Assembly (NCBI GenBank): GCA_028534125.1
Contig: CM052816.1
Span: 68,450,001-68,514,000, forward strand
Source of the DNA: Lama glama
Lineage: Eukaryota
Length of the DNA stretch: 64,000 nucleotides
Direction: 5' to 3'
Below, piece after piece: positions 1 through 12,500 of this stretch (within the stretch, counting starts at the first letter, position 1; every line of letters starts with the position of its first letter). A program made the translations under genes and the position numbers. The notes under the pieces are model-generated. The model did not search any database. It worked only from the letters and a program-made list of their open reading frames with translations, and had not been told where the DNA came from.

Positions 1-557
1 TGGGATTCAGGTGAAGAGATTTCTGTGCACAGGGGGACGTCCAGACCACAGGCAAAGGACTGGGGCATGAACTTCTGGAGTAGGTGCCAGCATGATGCCC
101 CAAAGCCCAGGCAAAGCCAGCTGCCCCACAGCAAACAGCAGAGGAGGGATGAGACCACAGCAGACAGTCCAGAGAAGAACAGATAGCAACACAAGGTCTT
201 ACTCACATGGATTTAGGAGCCCTTGCCCAAGACTCTGAAGTCACATAAACCTTGTTCATATACCCAAATACCACCTTAAGGAGGATCAGGGTAAAGGCAG
301 AAACTCTGGTTAAGTGCACACTTACCCCAGGGAGACTGAATTAGCTGAAAGACGCTGTAAATCAGAAGAAACTGAGACAGTAGTAACAAACGTAAGTGCT
401 ACCCACCCAATCACCTTCCTTAGCCTTGCATGGCTTTCCAAGGGAGTGGGGACTTTTGAAATTGATTAGCTTAATCATAGAAAATAAGGATGTTATAATT
501 TTCTCTGCACATCTGACTAATACTGTATGCATTTCAACTCTGTCAGAGGTAATACAT

Positions 558-690
558 ATCCTGCTTTGTTTGTTTGTTTTATGAGGGGGAGGTAATTTGG
601 TTTATTCATTTCTACTTGGAGGAGGCACTGGGGATTGAACCCAGGATGAACCTAAGCATGAACTCTACCACTTGAGCTATATCCTCCCCA
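558..690 (-). mobile_element. Camelid Vic-1-like tRNA-derived SINE
   Basis: Minus: GGGGAGGATATAGCTCAAGTGGTAGAG..CCTGGGTTCAATCCCCAGT (A and B boxes); 18-bp TSD ctg(t/c)cagaggtaatacat at 540-557 / 691-708. Confidence 0.85.
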
Positions 691-816
691 CTGCCAGAGG
701 TAATACATTCTAAGAGGAAGGCAGTAGTGAAGTGTTCCAGGACAGGTGGCATTCACTGTTTTGTTCAGGTTTAGGACTTTGGGATTTATATATTCATTAA
801 TATATTTGGTCTATGA

Positions 817-1640
817 ATGCAAATCAAAACTACAATGAGGTTTCACTTCACACCAGTCAGAATGGCCATCATTAAAAAGTCTACAAACGATGAATGCTGG
901 AGAGGGTGTGGAGAAAAGAGAACCCTCTTACACTGTTGGTGGGAATGTAGTTTGGTGCAGCCTTTATGGAAAATAGTATGGAGAGTCCTTAAAAAACTAA
1001 AAATAGATTTACCATATAATTCACCAATCCCACTCCTGGACATATAACCAAAGGAGACTCTAATTTGAAAAGATACATGCATCCCAAAGTTCATAGCAGC
1101 ACTATTTACAATAGCCAACTCATGGAAGCAACCTAAATGTCCATCAACAAATGATTGGCTAAAGAAGTTGTGGTATATATATACAATGAAATACTAATCA
1201 GCCATAAAAAATAATAAAATAATGCCATTTGCAGCAACATGGATGGACCTGGAGATCATCATACTAAGTGAAGTAAGCCAAAGAAAGAAAGAAAAATACC
1301 AGGTGATATTAATCATATGTGGAATCTAAACAAATGACACAAATGAACAGAAACGGACTCATAGACATAGAGAACAAGCTTATGGTTATGGAGGGTTTTG
1401 GGGGGAGGCATAAATTGGGAGTTCGGGATTTGTAGATACTAAATACTATATATAAAATAGACAGCAAGGCCCTACTGTAGAGCATAGGGAAGTATATTCA
1501 ATACCTTGTAATAACTTGTACTGAAAAAAAGTTTGAAAAGAAATATATACACACACATATATGTATCACTCAAGCCACTGTGCTGTATACCAGAAACTAA
1601 TACAACACTGTAAACTAACTCTACTTCAGTTAAAATATAT
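817..1640 (+). mobile_element. 5'-truncated L1 (ORF2 C-terminus and 3'UTR)
   Basis: [35 protein letters not shown]1 ORF2 zinc knuckle; TSD tggtctatgaa on both flanks. Confidence 0.92.
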
Positions 1641-2669
1641 ATATATGGTCTATGAAACGAGCATTGTCCACATAGAAGGAGCCCCAGGGAATGACAATTA
1701 AGAGTGAGGGAGAGCAAGGTGCCTTCACTTTGTGCCAACATTTCCAGCTTTTGCCTGAGAAGCTTCCTTCCTGAGTCCTGCACACGAATCTAATCCTGAC
1801 AGCACCCATCAGTCAACAGTTAAGTCAAACACTTTCTATCTATGCTACTTGCATGCTGAAAGCCATGACAAAGCTGGTGATCTCCAAGTCCAAATGCTTA
1901 CAAAGACCAACGTTAACTGGACCTGAACCAAATAATACTGCATATTATGTGGAGATTAGAAGCTAGACCGGTAATGCATTTTTCAAGCAGCCCACATAGC
2001 TTGAAACTCTCCTGAGGATTCCTTGAGTCAGCAAGCAGAAAATTTACAGATTCCACACTTCACAACTGCCAGGGAAACATGCAAAATCCTACAATTGTCA
2101 GCCAACAATGTTCCCAGAGGAATGACTTTCATACTGGCCGACGCACTCCCTGGCTCAGGGACTTTGGCTGTGTGTCTGTGTGTACACATGGGTCTGTCTT
2201 TAGTCCTCTGGCCAAGTTCCTTACAAATAGTTGTCCAATATTAGCCTGCCTCCAACCTCCATTTCAATAATGCCCCTCACATAAACTTCTCAGCAGGATT
2301 TTAGGGTTGATCGTTTGTTGGAAAATGAAATGAGATGCCTTTCCCTGTCTCCCCAGAAAAGTCTCATTATGGACCCTATAGTCATATTTTATTTTATTTC
2401 CTTCTTCATTCTCACTCTACCTTGCACTGGCTGAATCAAAGCCAGCCCCACAAAAAATCAAAGTAAAAATAGATTTTCATGGATCCAATACAGACTCCCA
2501 TTAAACCTCAGTGAACCCTGGTCTTTACTATTCTTCCTTGAATACCTCTCCTTAGCTCCTTCCACAGCACTGATTAATCTACATAAAAGCCCTAAGCCAG
2601 AAGAGAGTCAAATGTCTGGTTTCCAGGACCATTAGTGTCACAAGGTATCAGAAGAAGAGAAATTATTTT

Positions 2670-3233
2670 CTACCCCACTTGAGCTCTTTTGTGGAGCTAT
2701 ATTATTTTTCCTTCTACCCTTCTAGGTTCTCTAGTTGGACACCTGGAAAACTGAATTGAAAAAAGACAGATTAATAAGGGTAAACAGTATGTTAATGCAT
2801 GCAGTGCACTTCATGTAGGAGAAATCTCAATGAAGAAAAACTCAAAGGGGTGGTTAAAACTTGGGCTTAGACAGCATCTTTACAAAAACCCAACAAATTT
2901 GTAGAGAAGTGACAAGATAAAGAAAAAGGAATTTAGGCTTTGAAGGGTGGCAAGCTGTGGAAAGGTAAAATATATGTGGGGACTTATAGAGCAAGGCTTG
3001 TGTATGCAGATCCATCCTGGCACTGACTTTCTGTCTTCTTCATGACTATAAAACTCTTGGGAGAGAAGATCTATGGCAGTCCTTATTTTTTTTCAGGAGT
3101 TTTGGCTTTTAGACAGATAAAGGAAGCTGCAGAAAGTCTTCCTTTCTGCACCTATTGATTCTCATTTACCTCCAAGACCAAAATAATCCTTATGCCAAAG
3201 TGGTATATTTTGGGGTGGCATATTCTGATTCCC
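2670..3233 (-). mobile_element. MER34/MER31-like ERV1 LTR (old)
   Basis: Characteristic terminus ttatgccaaagtggtatattttggggtggcatattctgattccc. Confidence 0.55.
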
Positions 3234-3289
3234 TATGCAGGTATTACAGAATAGATGGGTGATAAATAAAATGAATTCCCAGCAATATT

Positions 3290-3626
3290 TCCAGTGCTCA
3301 TCAATATTCCCCCTTCCTAGAAACATGGGAAGATTTTATTTCCTTGCCCCCTTGAAATTAGGCATGGCCATATGACTTTCTTTGGCCATTGATGTGAGAG
3401 GAGCATTTACGTGCTAGTGCGTGATTCTCTGATTCTCCTTTCTCCCTCCCTCAGCCCCTACATGATTTATAAATCCATGTTGAGATGGTGGGAATTTTAG
3501 AATGGTAGCGCCTCCATCAGCCTGGGTCCCTGCTGACCTGTGATAGACAGGTAGAGATTGTTGTCTTAGACACAAAGATTTAGGCTTGTTTATTTTTGCA
3601 GCATAAACAATGTTTCCTGACTAATG
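3290..3626 (+). mobile_element. MLT1-type (MaLR) LTR, old
   Basis: ggcatggccatatgactttctttggccattga and ctccatcagcctgggtccctg motifs. Confidence 0.55.
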
Positions 3627-4059
3627 TAAAAAATAGATAGCCTGCTCTAAAAACCCAGGATACTAAGACTTAGGGAGGAATTCACTTTAACAGTAGTTTT
3701 CCCTCTTCTTGTGTGTTCTCATGACATTCTAATTCTGCATATGTATCTCAGGTCATTTTAGATTTGTTGTATCACAAATCAGGGAGTCAAGGAGGAATGG
3801 GAATAAAAAAGGAAACAAATCTACAAACAATACTAGGCTTCACTTACACTATCTTGCTTTACTTATAATTACCATTTCTAGCCTCAGTTATCTGGTGTGG
3901 ATCCCACACAGGGCTTGATGTACGTACTAGAGCTGCCATGGCTGGCAGAGCTCATGTCTCTTGTCCTGTCCTTCTACTTGCTGGTAACCAATGTGCCTGT
4001 TTTAAGTCTTGCTTGACTTCTAACTAGAATACCAACTCTTCATCAGAAGACTGTCACAA

Positions 4060-4063
<4 letters not shown>

Positions 4064-4118
<55 letters not shown>
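4064..4118. repeat. (TA)n microsatellite, about 27 units
   Basis: Perfect TA run inside an old L1 3' fragment. Confidence 0.95.
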
Positions 4119-4119
<1 letters not shown>

Positions 4120-4123
<4 letters not shown>

Positions 4124-4510
4124 GTGATAGAGCAATGAAGGGCATTTCACCTCTGCTCTATTTTTTACAAAACCCCAGGACTACTGGCCAGTATTCCTCA
4201 AGACGATCAAAGTCATAAAAAATAAGAAAAGACTAAAAAACTGTCACAGACCAGAAGTGACAATTCAATGCGATGTGCTACCCTGAATTAGATCCTGGAA
4301 CAGAAAGAGAACATTAAGGAAAAAACTAGTAAAATCCAAGTAAAGTCTGGAATTTAGTCAACAGTCATGTGCCAATATCAGTTTCTTAGTTTTGGCAAAA
4401 ATGGTACTATAAGATATTAACAACAGGGGAAACTAGACAAGGGGTATGTAAGAACTCTCTGTACTATCTTCACAATTTTTGTGTAAATCTAAAATTATTT
4501 GAAAAGAAAA
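4120..4510 (+). mobile_element. Old L1MC-type 3' end
   Basis: gatcctggaacagaaaga..gtaaagtctgga..ctctctgtactatcttcacaatttttgtgtaaatctaaaatt. Confidence 0.65.
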
Positions 4511-5237
4511 TTGTTTTTTTTAAATGGACAACTGAAAGCTAGATTTGACCCTCACACACATCTATCCTTCTCCCACATCTTAAAAAAAAAAAGACATAAC
4601 AATATGACTACATTTCTATAAATAACTAGTGCCTCTATTTTTGAAATAAGGAGATACATTCATAGCTTTCTTCTAAGAAAGACTGGGAGAATGTTCTTGC
4701 TTATCAGAGAATCTCCCTCATGCAAAAGGAATATTTTTCAAAATAAAAAAGATATTTTCCATCTCTTTTCTTCCCTCTATGCTCGTATCACTTTCGTGTT
4801 GTTGAAAAATTAGTATTTTTAAAATGTTTTGAAGTAGAAGAAAGGCAAATCTGAGACCAAGGGAAAGAGTCTAGAGGAAGTAACGTAGAAACTGGGGACA
4901 GTTAGGTAGGAAATGGTGTGAGTAAAGGGTGCTGAGAAGAGAAGACAGAGATAGAAGATAGGAAAAGACAAGTTGAGGGGAAAGGTATCATGATGTTCAT
5001 AAATAGAACTCTAAATTGGGTAACTGGGAGCAACTGTTGATTTCTGAGGTGGCCAGGAGTAACTGAATGAGGTGGGGAGACACAGGCCTACCTCCTCGTA
5101 TTGTCTACAAAGCCCCAGAGTGCCACAGGTGTGACCCCAGGGAGCTACAAGGCAGGCCATGCCAGGACATATGTCTGGAAGACATTCTCATTATCTCTGG
5201 ATGACAACTGCCCTCTGGGTGACCCCTGGTTACTACA

Positions 5238-5616
5238 TGTTATGGGCTGAATTGTGTTTCTCCCCCCAAATTCAGATGTTGAAGCCCTAACTCTCAGTAC
5301 CACGGAAGGTGACTGTTTAGAGATAAGGCCTTTAAGGAGGCATTAGTTAAAACAAGGCTGTTAGTTTAGGCCCTAATCCAATCTGACTGGTGTCCTTATA
5401 ACAAGAGGAGATTAAGGCACATAGAGAGATGACCATGTGGAGAGGCAGCAGGAAGCTGGCCATCTGCAAGCCAAAGAGAGAGATGTCAGAGGAAATCAAC
5501 TCTGCAGGCACCTTGATCTTGGACTTCTAACCTCCTGAACTGTGAGAAAATAAATTCCTGTTGTTTAAGCCCCTCAATCCGTGATATTTTGTTATTTCAG
5601 CCTGAGAAGACTAGTA
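5238..5616 (+). mobile_element. MLT1 (MLT1A/B-like) MaLR LTR
   Basis: tgttatgggctgaattgtgt..ccctaatccaatctgactggtgtccttata..ttggacttctaacctcctgaactgtgagaaaataaat. Confidence 0.85.
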
Positions 5617-6175
5617 GGTATACTACATACCTTTTCGACCTTCCCAGGGCCCAGTCCCCACTTCTTTTTCTCCAGTCTTAATTTTTTTTTAAACATAATG
5701 TGTGATCAAAGTAATATATTTCAGATCTGCAAGGTATTATATGGGTATTATGCTCATAGTTTTGAGTTGGACCATTGTAGAAATACATTGTTTCATCATT
5801 TCCCTTTATATTCTTAGAATTTATGGCAAATAGTGTGAAAATTGTATGTATTATTGTGTGTATTTTATATGACACCACTGCATTTGACACAAAAACTATC
5901 AAGATAAGTACCTACCATTACTGTAAGACAGTGAATCCTGAACTTTTGGGGGTTTGTATCTCCTTTTGAAAATATGGTAGACCATCCTGCCAAATCTGCA
6001 CACACATAAGTACATATCAACATGCACACACACAAATTCAGGGACGTCACAAATCCCCCATTGTCCATGCATGTGTCCCCATGTCCAGGTGTCCCTTTGC
6101 TCTCAAGTTCATAATTCTTATCCAAAGAAGGCAAAAAGAATCACATAATCCACAAAAGGGCATAGGCTGACCTAC

Positions 6176-6230
6176 CTGCCAGGCCAGATTTGCAGAGTAG
6201 AGGGAGCATCCACAGTGCCCAGGCCCACAT
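6176..6230 (-). CDS. IL31RA: IL31RA first coding segment (signal peptide); exon 6176-6265
   Basis: ACC-ATG TGG GCC TGG GCA CTG TGG ATG CTC = MWAWALWMLPLLCKSGLA(A), close to human MMWTWALWMLPSLCKFSLAA; cag acceptor at 6266-6268, CAG|GTAGG donor; in-frame TAG upstream; syntenic with DDX4. Confidence 0.92.
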
Positions 6231-6579
6231 GGTCCTGGGCTAATGCAGGGAGGCTGGGAAGAGAACTGACAACACCATCAGTCAGCAGTTAGTTTGCATT
6301 CTGTCTCTTCAACAACTCTACTTCCAGTGACAAACAGTTGTGGGAATTTTGAGGAAAAGTATTTAATTTTATTTATTTTATATTGTATTTATTTTGTTTC
6401 ATTTATTTGGCCATCATCACATAGATCCCTTCATAATTACCCCAATAACCCCAGTCAACATTTTATTTTGTCCACAATGTATTCTACTATGAAAGGTATA
6501 CCAGCCACCAAGAATATACTCCAGAAAACAGTACTGTCCTCCAGTCTCTGCCTCAGTTAATTTCCCAAAAGCACCATAC

Positions 6580-6910
6580 TATTTCACCTCTCCACGCTTT
6601 GTCCATGTGGTTCCTTCAGCCTAGAATGTCCTTTCCTCCTTATTCCTGACAAATGAATCCATTTTTACAGACTCAGCTAAAGACCAACCTTCTCTAAACA
6701 GCTTCCCTGAGCTCCCAGGTGGACGCGGCCAGCCAGTCCTCCCCTGTGCCCCACCCACCCTCCTTATCATCTGTGCTGTAGCACGGGTCACACAGCATGG
6801 CATTAAGGAGTTTACCTGTTGGCTTCTCTTATTCCTCTATGAAGACTTAGTGTTGAAGGAAGTGTCTGGTACATGGTAGACATTCACTATTGTTTGTGAA
6901 ATTAATTAGA
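6580..6910 (+). mobile_element. L2 3' fragment
   Basis: gttccttcagcctagaatgtcc..gtgtctggtacatggtagacattcactattgtttg. Confidence 0.55.
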
Positions 6911-7206
6911 ATAAAAAGACTGCTGGCTCCTTATCTTCATCCCAGATGAGATGGTGAGATAGTGTAAGAATAAAGCAAATGTAAAAGAAGTGATACCTCG
7001 CTTTCAGGAAAAATAAGTGATACTAAATTTTCAGCTGACAGATCATTATAGGAAAAAAATAGGAGAGCTCTCAACAAAAAAAATCATTTTAGAAAAATTT
7101 ACATGCAGTATTTCTGGACAAAACAACAAGTATAACATTTTCTCAGATACAAACCAGTTAAAATACCTAACTAATTAAAAATGCCTAAGGCAATAAAGCA
7201 GAATGA

Positions 7207-7671
7207 TGTTACGGAAACGACAGGCCAGCCAAGAAACAAGCACCACTCGGAGGGCTGGAGTACTCAGATGTATTACGCCAGCGGGCTCAGAGGGGCTTCT
7301 GCTCCGAAGCTCTGAGCACCTCAAAGACGTGCGCATGAGGTTTTATAGGGTAAAGTACAAGCTTGGGGTATTCGGCCAGTAGGCATGGAACAGCTTTAGC
7401 AGCATTATTATCACAAAAGTGGAGGCAGGGAGGCAGCAAACCAACATTCCAAAGCCAGATATATATCTTTGAAAATCCAGCTGGCTAGCAAAAAAACATG
7501 AACAGCAAACCAACACTAACTAACCTAGATTTACAAGTTAGTCTAGCAGAACTCAGATCAGTATTCCAATACTTAGATTTGTGAGTTACCTTGTTAGCCC
7601 AGCCTAGCCTCTCCTTCACATTCCTAGACTTGTGAGTTATCTTGTTAGACCAGCCCGGTTTTTCCTTCACA
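7207..7671 (-). mobile_element. Young solo ERV LTR (ERV1/gamma-like), 465 bp
   Basis: TG...CA termini, perfect 4-bp TSD ATGA (7203-7206 / 7672-7675), minus-strand TATAAAA near 7340-7348, ~50-bp internal direct repeat, CpGs retained. Confidence 0.85.
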
Positions 7672-8969
7672 ATGAGAATTTGGATCCATAATAATAAAAA
7701 TACCACCATGAAACAGTAAGACACTGGTTATGTAACAGCAATAGTTAATGCCTGTAATTCAAGAGCAGTAGGTAGTCTCTCAAAAAAAAACCACTTTGAT
7801 TTAAATGATTACAAAGCTTAAAGGGAAAAATTTTTATTTTTTCAATGAAGAATAAATACGTTCTTTAAACACTAATTGTAACAGAAATAGCATTTTTAAT
7901 GTCTAACTATTCATAATGTTGTCTTAATTTTCTCCAATTCTTAGCCAGAAGACATGACTTTACAAGTTCTAAAAGCATATTAGAAAGGGAAGGAGGCCCA
8001 GCCATGAAGACGCTGTAAAAGATATGATGCTGACAGTCTCCATAATTGAATAAATGAATAATTATGGATGTTAAAGCTAAAATTGTTATTCCAACACAGG
8101 ACTTTGTTTTTAAAAAAATCTTATCAATATTAAATATTCATATATATAAAATATTTTAATTAATTTTAACTATTGTTTGAGTCCTTTACAATGAGAATTG
8201 TCACCTATTATTTGTACATTTTAAGCCTTAAAAAAAGCAACAGTACTAAATTATACCCAGAGACAGAGCTGGAAAAATTGTAGTAGAAAAAAAAAGGGTT
8301 GAGAACCACTGAGCTACTTGCGGAGACAGGAGCATGGACAGTGACAGCAAATATCACCTGGTAAGCGCTGTGATTATCATAGTGCCAGGAGAGCACAGAG
8401 CGTCCAAGGAGAGGTATAAACTGACGACTGGGGAAAGACAACAAGCATTGTGAGGATGATGATGCTCCTTACTCTAACGCCTGACTGTCCTCCAATGCCT
8501 TTTCCATTTCCCCTCACACACCAGAGAACCACCTCACGTGATTGCTTGTTGGTAGTAAATGCAAACAAATGGGAAGTGCCTCCCAGGCACTTAGAAATAA
8601 GTTCAGTTGGGAGTTCAACTAGCAAAATCTGTGCACAAAGTCATGCTCCTAGTTAACTGTGGCAGTAAATCAAGAATGTATGAGCTAAAGAGCAACTGAA
8701 GAGCTTGAGTTCACTCCAAACTCCAGCCAACGAAGCCTGGGTACAAACTCAGAGAGATGGATCTGCAAAATCATCATTGCCATTTAGTTGCAGGAATCTA
8801 TTCAACTAATCGTATCTTAAATGAAAGGAGACTTTGAGAATAGAAAGGAGATGTCACTTCAGACGGTAAAACATTGTTGGGTAAAAAAGACAAAAGTTGT
8901 CGGTGTTCATCTGGTACAGTCCACAAGAAGAAATTGATGAAGTTTCCTGTTGTTGGAGCCATATGTATA

Positions 8970-9195
8970 CAGTTGACCCTTGAACAGTGGGGGGTTAGGG
9001 ACACCAGCTTTCCACACAGTCAAAAATCCTCTCATACAACTTCCTTTCATGTACATGGTTCCTCCCTATTCAAGGTTCCACATCCTTGGGTTTAACTAAC
9101 CATGAGTGGTTAGTACTATAATATTCACTATTGAAAAAGATCCATGTATAAGTGGACCCACGTAGTTCAAACCCTTGTTGTTCAGGGGTCAACTG
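8970..9195. mobile_element. Tigger2/MER8-type MITE (~226 bp)
   Basis: TIRs cagttgacccttgaaca / tgttcaggggtcaactg; TA on the left flank. Confidence 0.85.
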
Positions 9196-10404
9196 TGCTC
9201 TGTAACAGGGCAACCATCAGACTTCACCACAGACTTGAAGAAAGATACCTCAAACCCCCAAATCTCCACAAAGGCTCCGATTCCATGAAGCCTTTTCTGA
9301 TTACTAATTGAGCAGAAGGGGAGGCCCTGAACAAGGAATGTAAGCTTTCTAGTCATTAGAAAAAACGATCCCACCTTTGTTAAATACATCAGTCTCATGA
9401 AGTCTTAAATGAGGTGAATCAGCCTCCCTGAATCTGAGCAATTCTGGGTGTAGCAAGAAGTGGGCTATAGGAAATTCACAAAGATTGTTATCCTATGCTC
9501 TTAAGGTAAACATCAAATCATTTCCTTCATTTCCTGGGTCACTAGCCCTAACTTTTAAAATGCAGTAGCTCTGAATAACTGGTCTTCACTAAGAGGACAC
9601 TTCCTAGAAATAGACAGTTTCTCACCAGTGGGGCCTCATTTGAATACAGCATTTAATGTTCAAACAACACTATGAATATGCCATACTGGACTAAAGGACT
9701 CTTAGAATGTATAGTGATTCTACTTAAGTAATTTATGGTCTCATCTTTAAAGTAGTAGCTACTGTTAGGAGTAGAATGACTGGAAAGAAATTCAAGCAAT
9801 TATTACTGGCTATAGCAGAGTCTGGAGACAAGGCAAGAAGGAGAAAACAGAGGAGGAGACACTGCTTCTGGTGTTAAACTATCCCTGCCTCCCCACATCC
9901 TGTCTCATATGACCAAAGCAAAAGCAATAGTGTGGCTGTTCAGTTCTCTAGCAATCCCCCCATGAAACACGCCTCCTGCAGGCTGTGCTTTGGCAATTCA
10001 GTTCCCTCTCAAGTTTACATCCTGGACATTGTTTCATCTGACTTCACTTGGACAAAAATGTACCACTATGTGATTTCCCCAGGGCTAGCCCTACTTTCAT
10101 TTATTAATTCACACATTCACTCAATTAATGTATGTTGATATCCATTCTTCACCACAAACCATGCAGAATATGGGACTGAGTTTTTAAAGGCTGTGCAAGA
10201 AATAAATTCTGGGGACAGCAATATATTTTTAAGGTTGAATCATATGAAATTGCTATTTTCATAAGTCTAAAACAGTCAAATATTGGCGATTTCAGCCTAA
10301 TAAATGGTATCCTTTCTTTTTGGGTGAGGAAATAATTACATACCTTGCCCAAGATGAGATGAAGAGCTATCAGCATGGTGACTATACTTAATACTGTATT
10401 GTAT

Positions 10405-10600
10405 ATTTTAAAGTTGTTCTGACAGTAAGACCTAAAAATTCTCATCACAAGAAGAAAAATTTGTAACTGTGTGTGGTGATGGATGTTAACTAGACTTCCT
10501 GTGGTGATCATTCACAATATACACAAATATTGAATCCTTATTTGTACACCTGAAACTAATATGTTTTTTGTCAATTACATCCCGATTACAAAAAATAAAA
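10405..10600 (+). mobile_element. L1 3' end fragment (L1MA/MB-type)
   Basis: cagcatggtgactatacttaatactgtattgtat..tgtacacctgaaactaatat, A-rich tail. Confidence 0.8.
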
Positions 10601-11305
10601 GAGCTGTCAGATAACTGCATTTGGCTCCAACGTCTATAGACCCATTTGACGTGCAGGCTGCCTTCATACAATGAACATTTTGAGACGGCCAGCAGCAAGA
10701 CAGGCAAAAATACAACCATGATGTGATACTGAGAATTAACAAGGTACTGATTACATTACACAAATTACATCTATGCTTAAAATCCCTGCAGACTTGATAT
10801 TATCTCCACTTAACAGATAAATGGAGGCTCCGCAATATTATGTAACCAGCCTCCAAATCATATAGTTTGTAAGTGGCATAGCTGGATTCAAACCCATGAC
10901 TGTCTTATTCCAAGGCCTAGACTTTGCCACCAAAATCAAGCAGTAACTATTAGTGATTTACTCTCCCTGAGCTCTCCTGCCACAAAATACCAATATACAC
11001 AAGAATCTCTAAGGTCTAATTTTCTATATCCTAGAGTTTCCAGAAAGATAAATCCATTACATTCGTATATTTTCCCCAGCCCCAACCACTGTCCCCCATC
11101 ATTCGCTACCCCAGTCCCAGCATTTTAAAATACTGCCAAAAGGTTAGACTCCCTGTAATTATCAACCAGTCTAAATAAGGAGTAATTCATGCCCTAAGTT
11201 CTGACCCACATTTTCACTGAAGAAAGAAGAAAAATCCCTTATACAATAAAAGAGGCCTAATTTGCAAGCATCTGCGGTAGGTAGCAGGCGCTTTGTGGCA
11301 CTCAC

Positions 11306-11545
11306 CTCCCTGGAGCAGGTGGTGTCCTGCAGGTGTCCTGCTTGTTCAAAGGATCTGCATCAAAGATGCTCTGCCCCCTGCAGCACAAGTGAGAACCAGG
11401 ATGACGGTATATAATTTATCCACATCAAGCTATGTGAATACTTCCTCTCTGGTTATCTAGGGGCTTTTCTTCTGCTTTTAAGCCCAGCCCAAGCCAGGGT
11501 GGCACTTACCCAACTTATGCTGGGAAGTCAAGTGCATTATTATAA
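11306..11545 (-). other. IL31RA: IL31RA non-coding 5' exon
   Basis: Minus-strand ataatgcac..ttcccagcataagttgggtaagtgccaccctggcttgggctgggcttaaaagcagaagaaaagc resembles the human IL31RA 5'UTR as I recall it; U-tract/gaag acceptor at 11546-47 and GAG|GTGAGT donor at 11305. Confidence 0.75.
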
Positions 11546-11658
11546 CTTCAAAAAAACAAACCTGCTTCTGTGAGATCACTCAACTTTACAGGAAAAGTGC
11601 TATCTGAAAGTGGCATAAAAAGCTAAAAGGAATGACTAAGTTTAAAATATTCTACTCA

Positions 11659-12020
11659 GGGGGAGGATATAACTCAGTGATAAGAGTGTGTGCTTAGCAG
11701 ACACGAGGTCCTGGGTTCAATCCCCAGTACCTCCATTAAAAAATATATAAACAAACAACAAGTTTATACTATATAGCACAGAGAACTATATTCAATATCT
11801 TGCAGTAACTTATGGTTAAAAAGAATATGAAAACAAATATACGTATGTTCCTTATGACTGAAGTATTGTGCTGTACACCAGAAACTGACATAATACTGTA
11901 AACTGACTATACTTCAATAAAATATATTTAAAATATATAAATATACAAATTATATATATATATATATATATATATACATGTGTATAAACCCAATTATCTC
12001 CCTCCAACCCCAAAAAACAA
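11659..12020 (+). mobile_element. Camelid SINE interrupted by an L1 3' end fragment
   Basis: SINE head with A/B boxes to ~11740; L1 tail ~11750-11925; (TA)n; then SINE tail aaacccaattatctccctcc. Confidence 0.8.
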
Positions 12021-12269
12021 ATTAAAAATTTCTATTAACAAAGTCCTTACAGATGTGGTAATGGGTGAAATGCTGAAAAGTTTAGCTTGAAAAGAGAAAT
12101 CTGTCATCATGTAATTATCTTGAAACAAAGAATGAGATGAAGGAAAGAAAATAATGGTAGTTAACTTGGAAAGAGATGTATAATTCTTATTTATGTATTA
12201 AGCATACTAAACTGAGAGCCCAGAGCCCCAGCTAAGCTACTAATTTAGTGGGTTATGATGATGATTAAT

Positions 12270-12500
12270 GATAATTAAAAATATGTGTTACTCTTACTAT
12301 GTGTCAGGCACAGTGCTGAGAACTGGAAATTAAGTATCTCACTTAATCTTCACAACAATTCTATGACATCAGTAGTATTTTTATTCCCAATATACAGATG
12401 AGGAAAATGAGACCAAAGTAATTAAGAAACTTATCCCAAGTAAGTAGTGGAGCCAAGGACTTGGACCAAGGCAGCCTGACTCTCAGTTTCCTATAAATCA
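12270..12500 (-). mobile_element. MIR
   Basis: tactatgtgtcaggcacagtgct..tacagatgaggaaaatgagacc core. Confidence 0.75.

Noticed and set aside
3935..3955. Minus-strand ctctgccagcc resembling the start of the next IL31RA exon (ALPAKP)
   Set aside because: The match stops after ~11 nt, with no acceptor and no continuation into KPENISC; that exon lies outside the window
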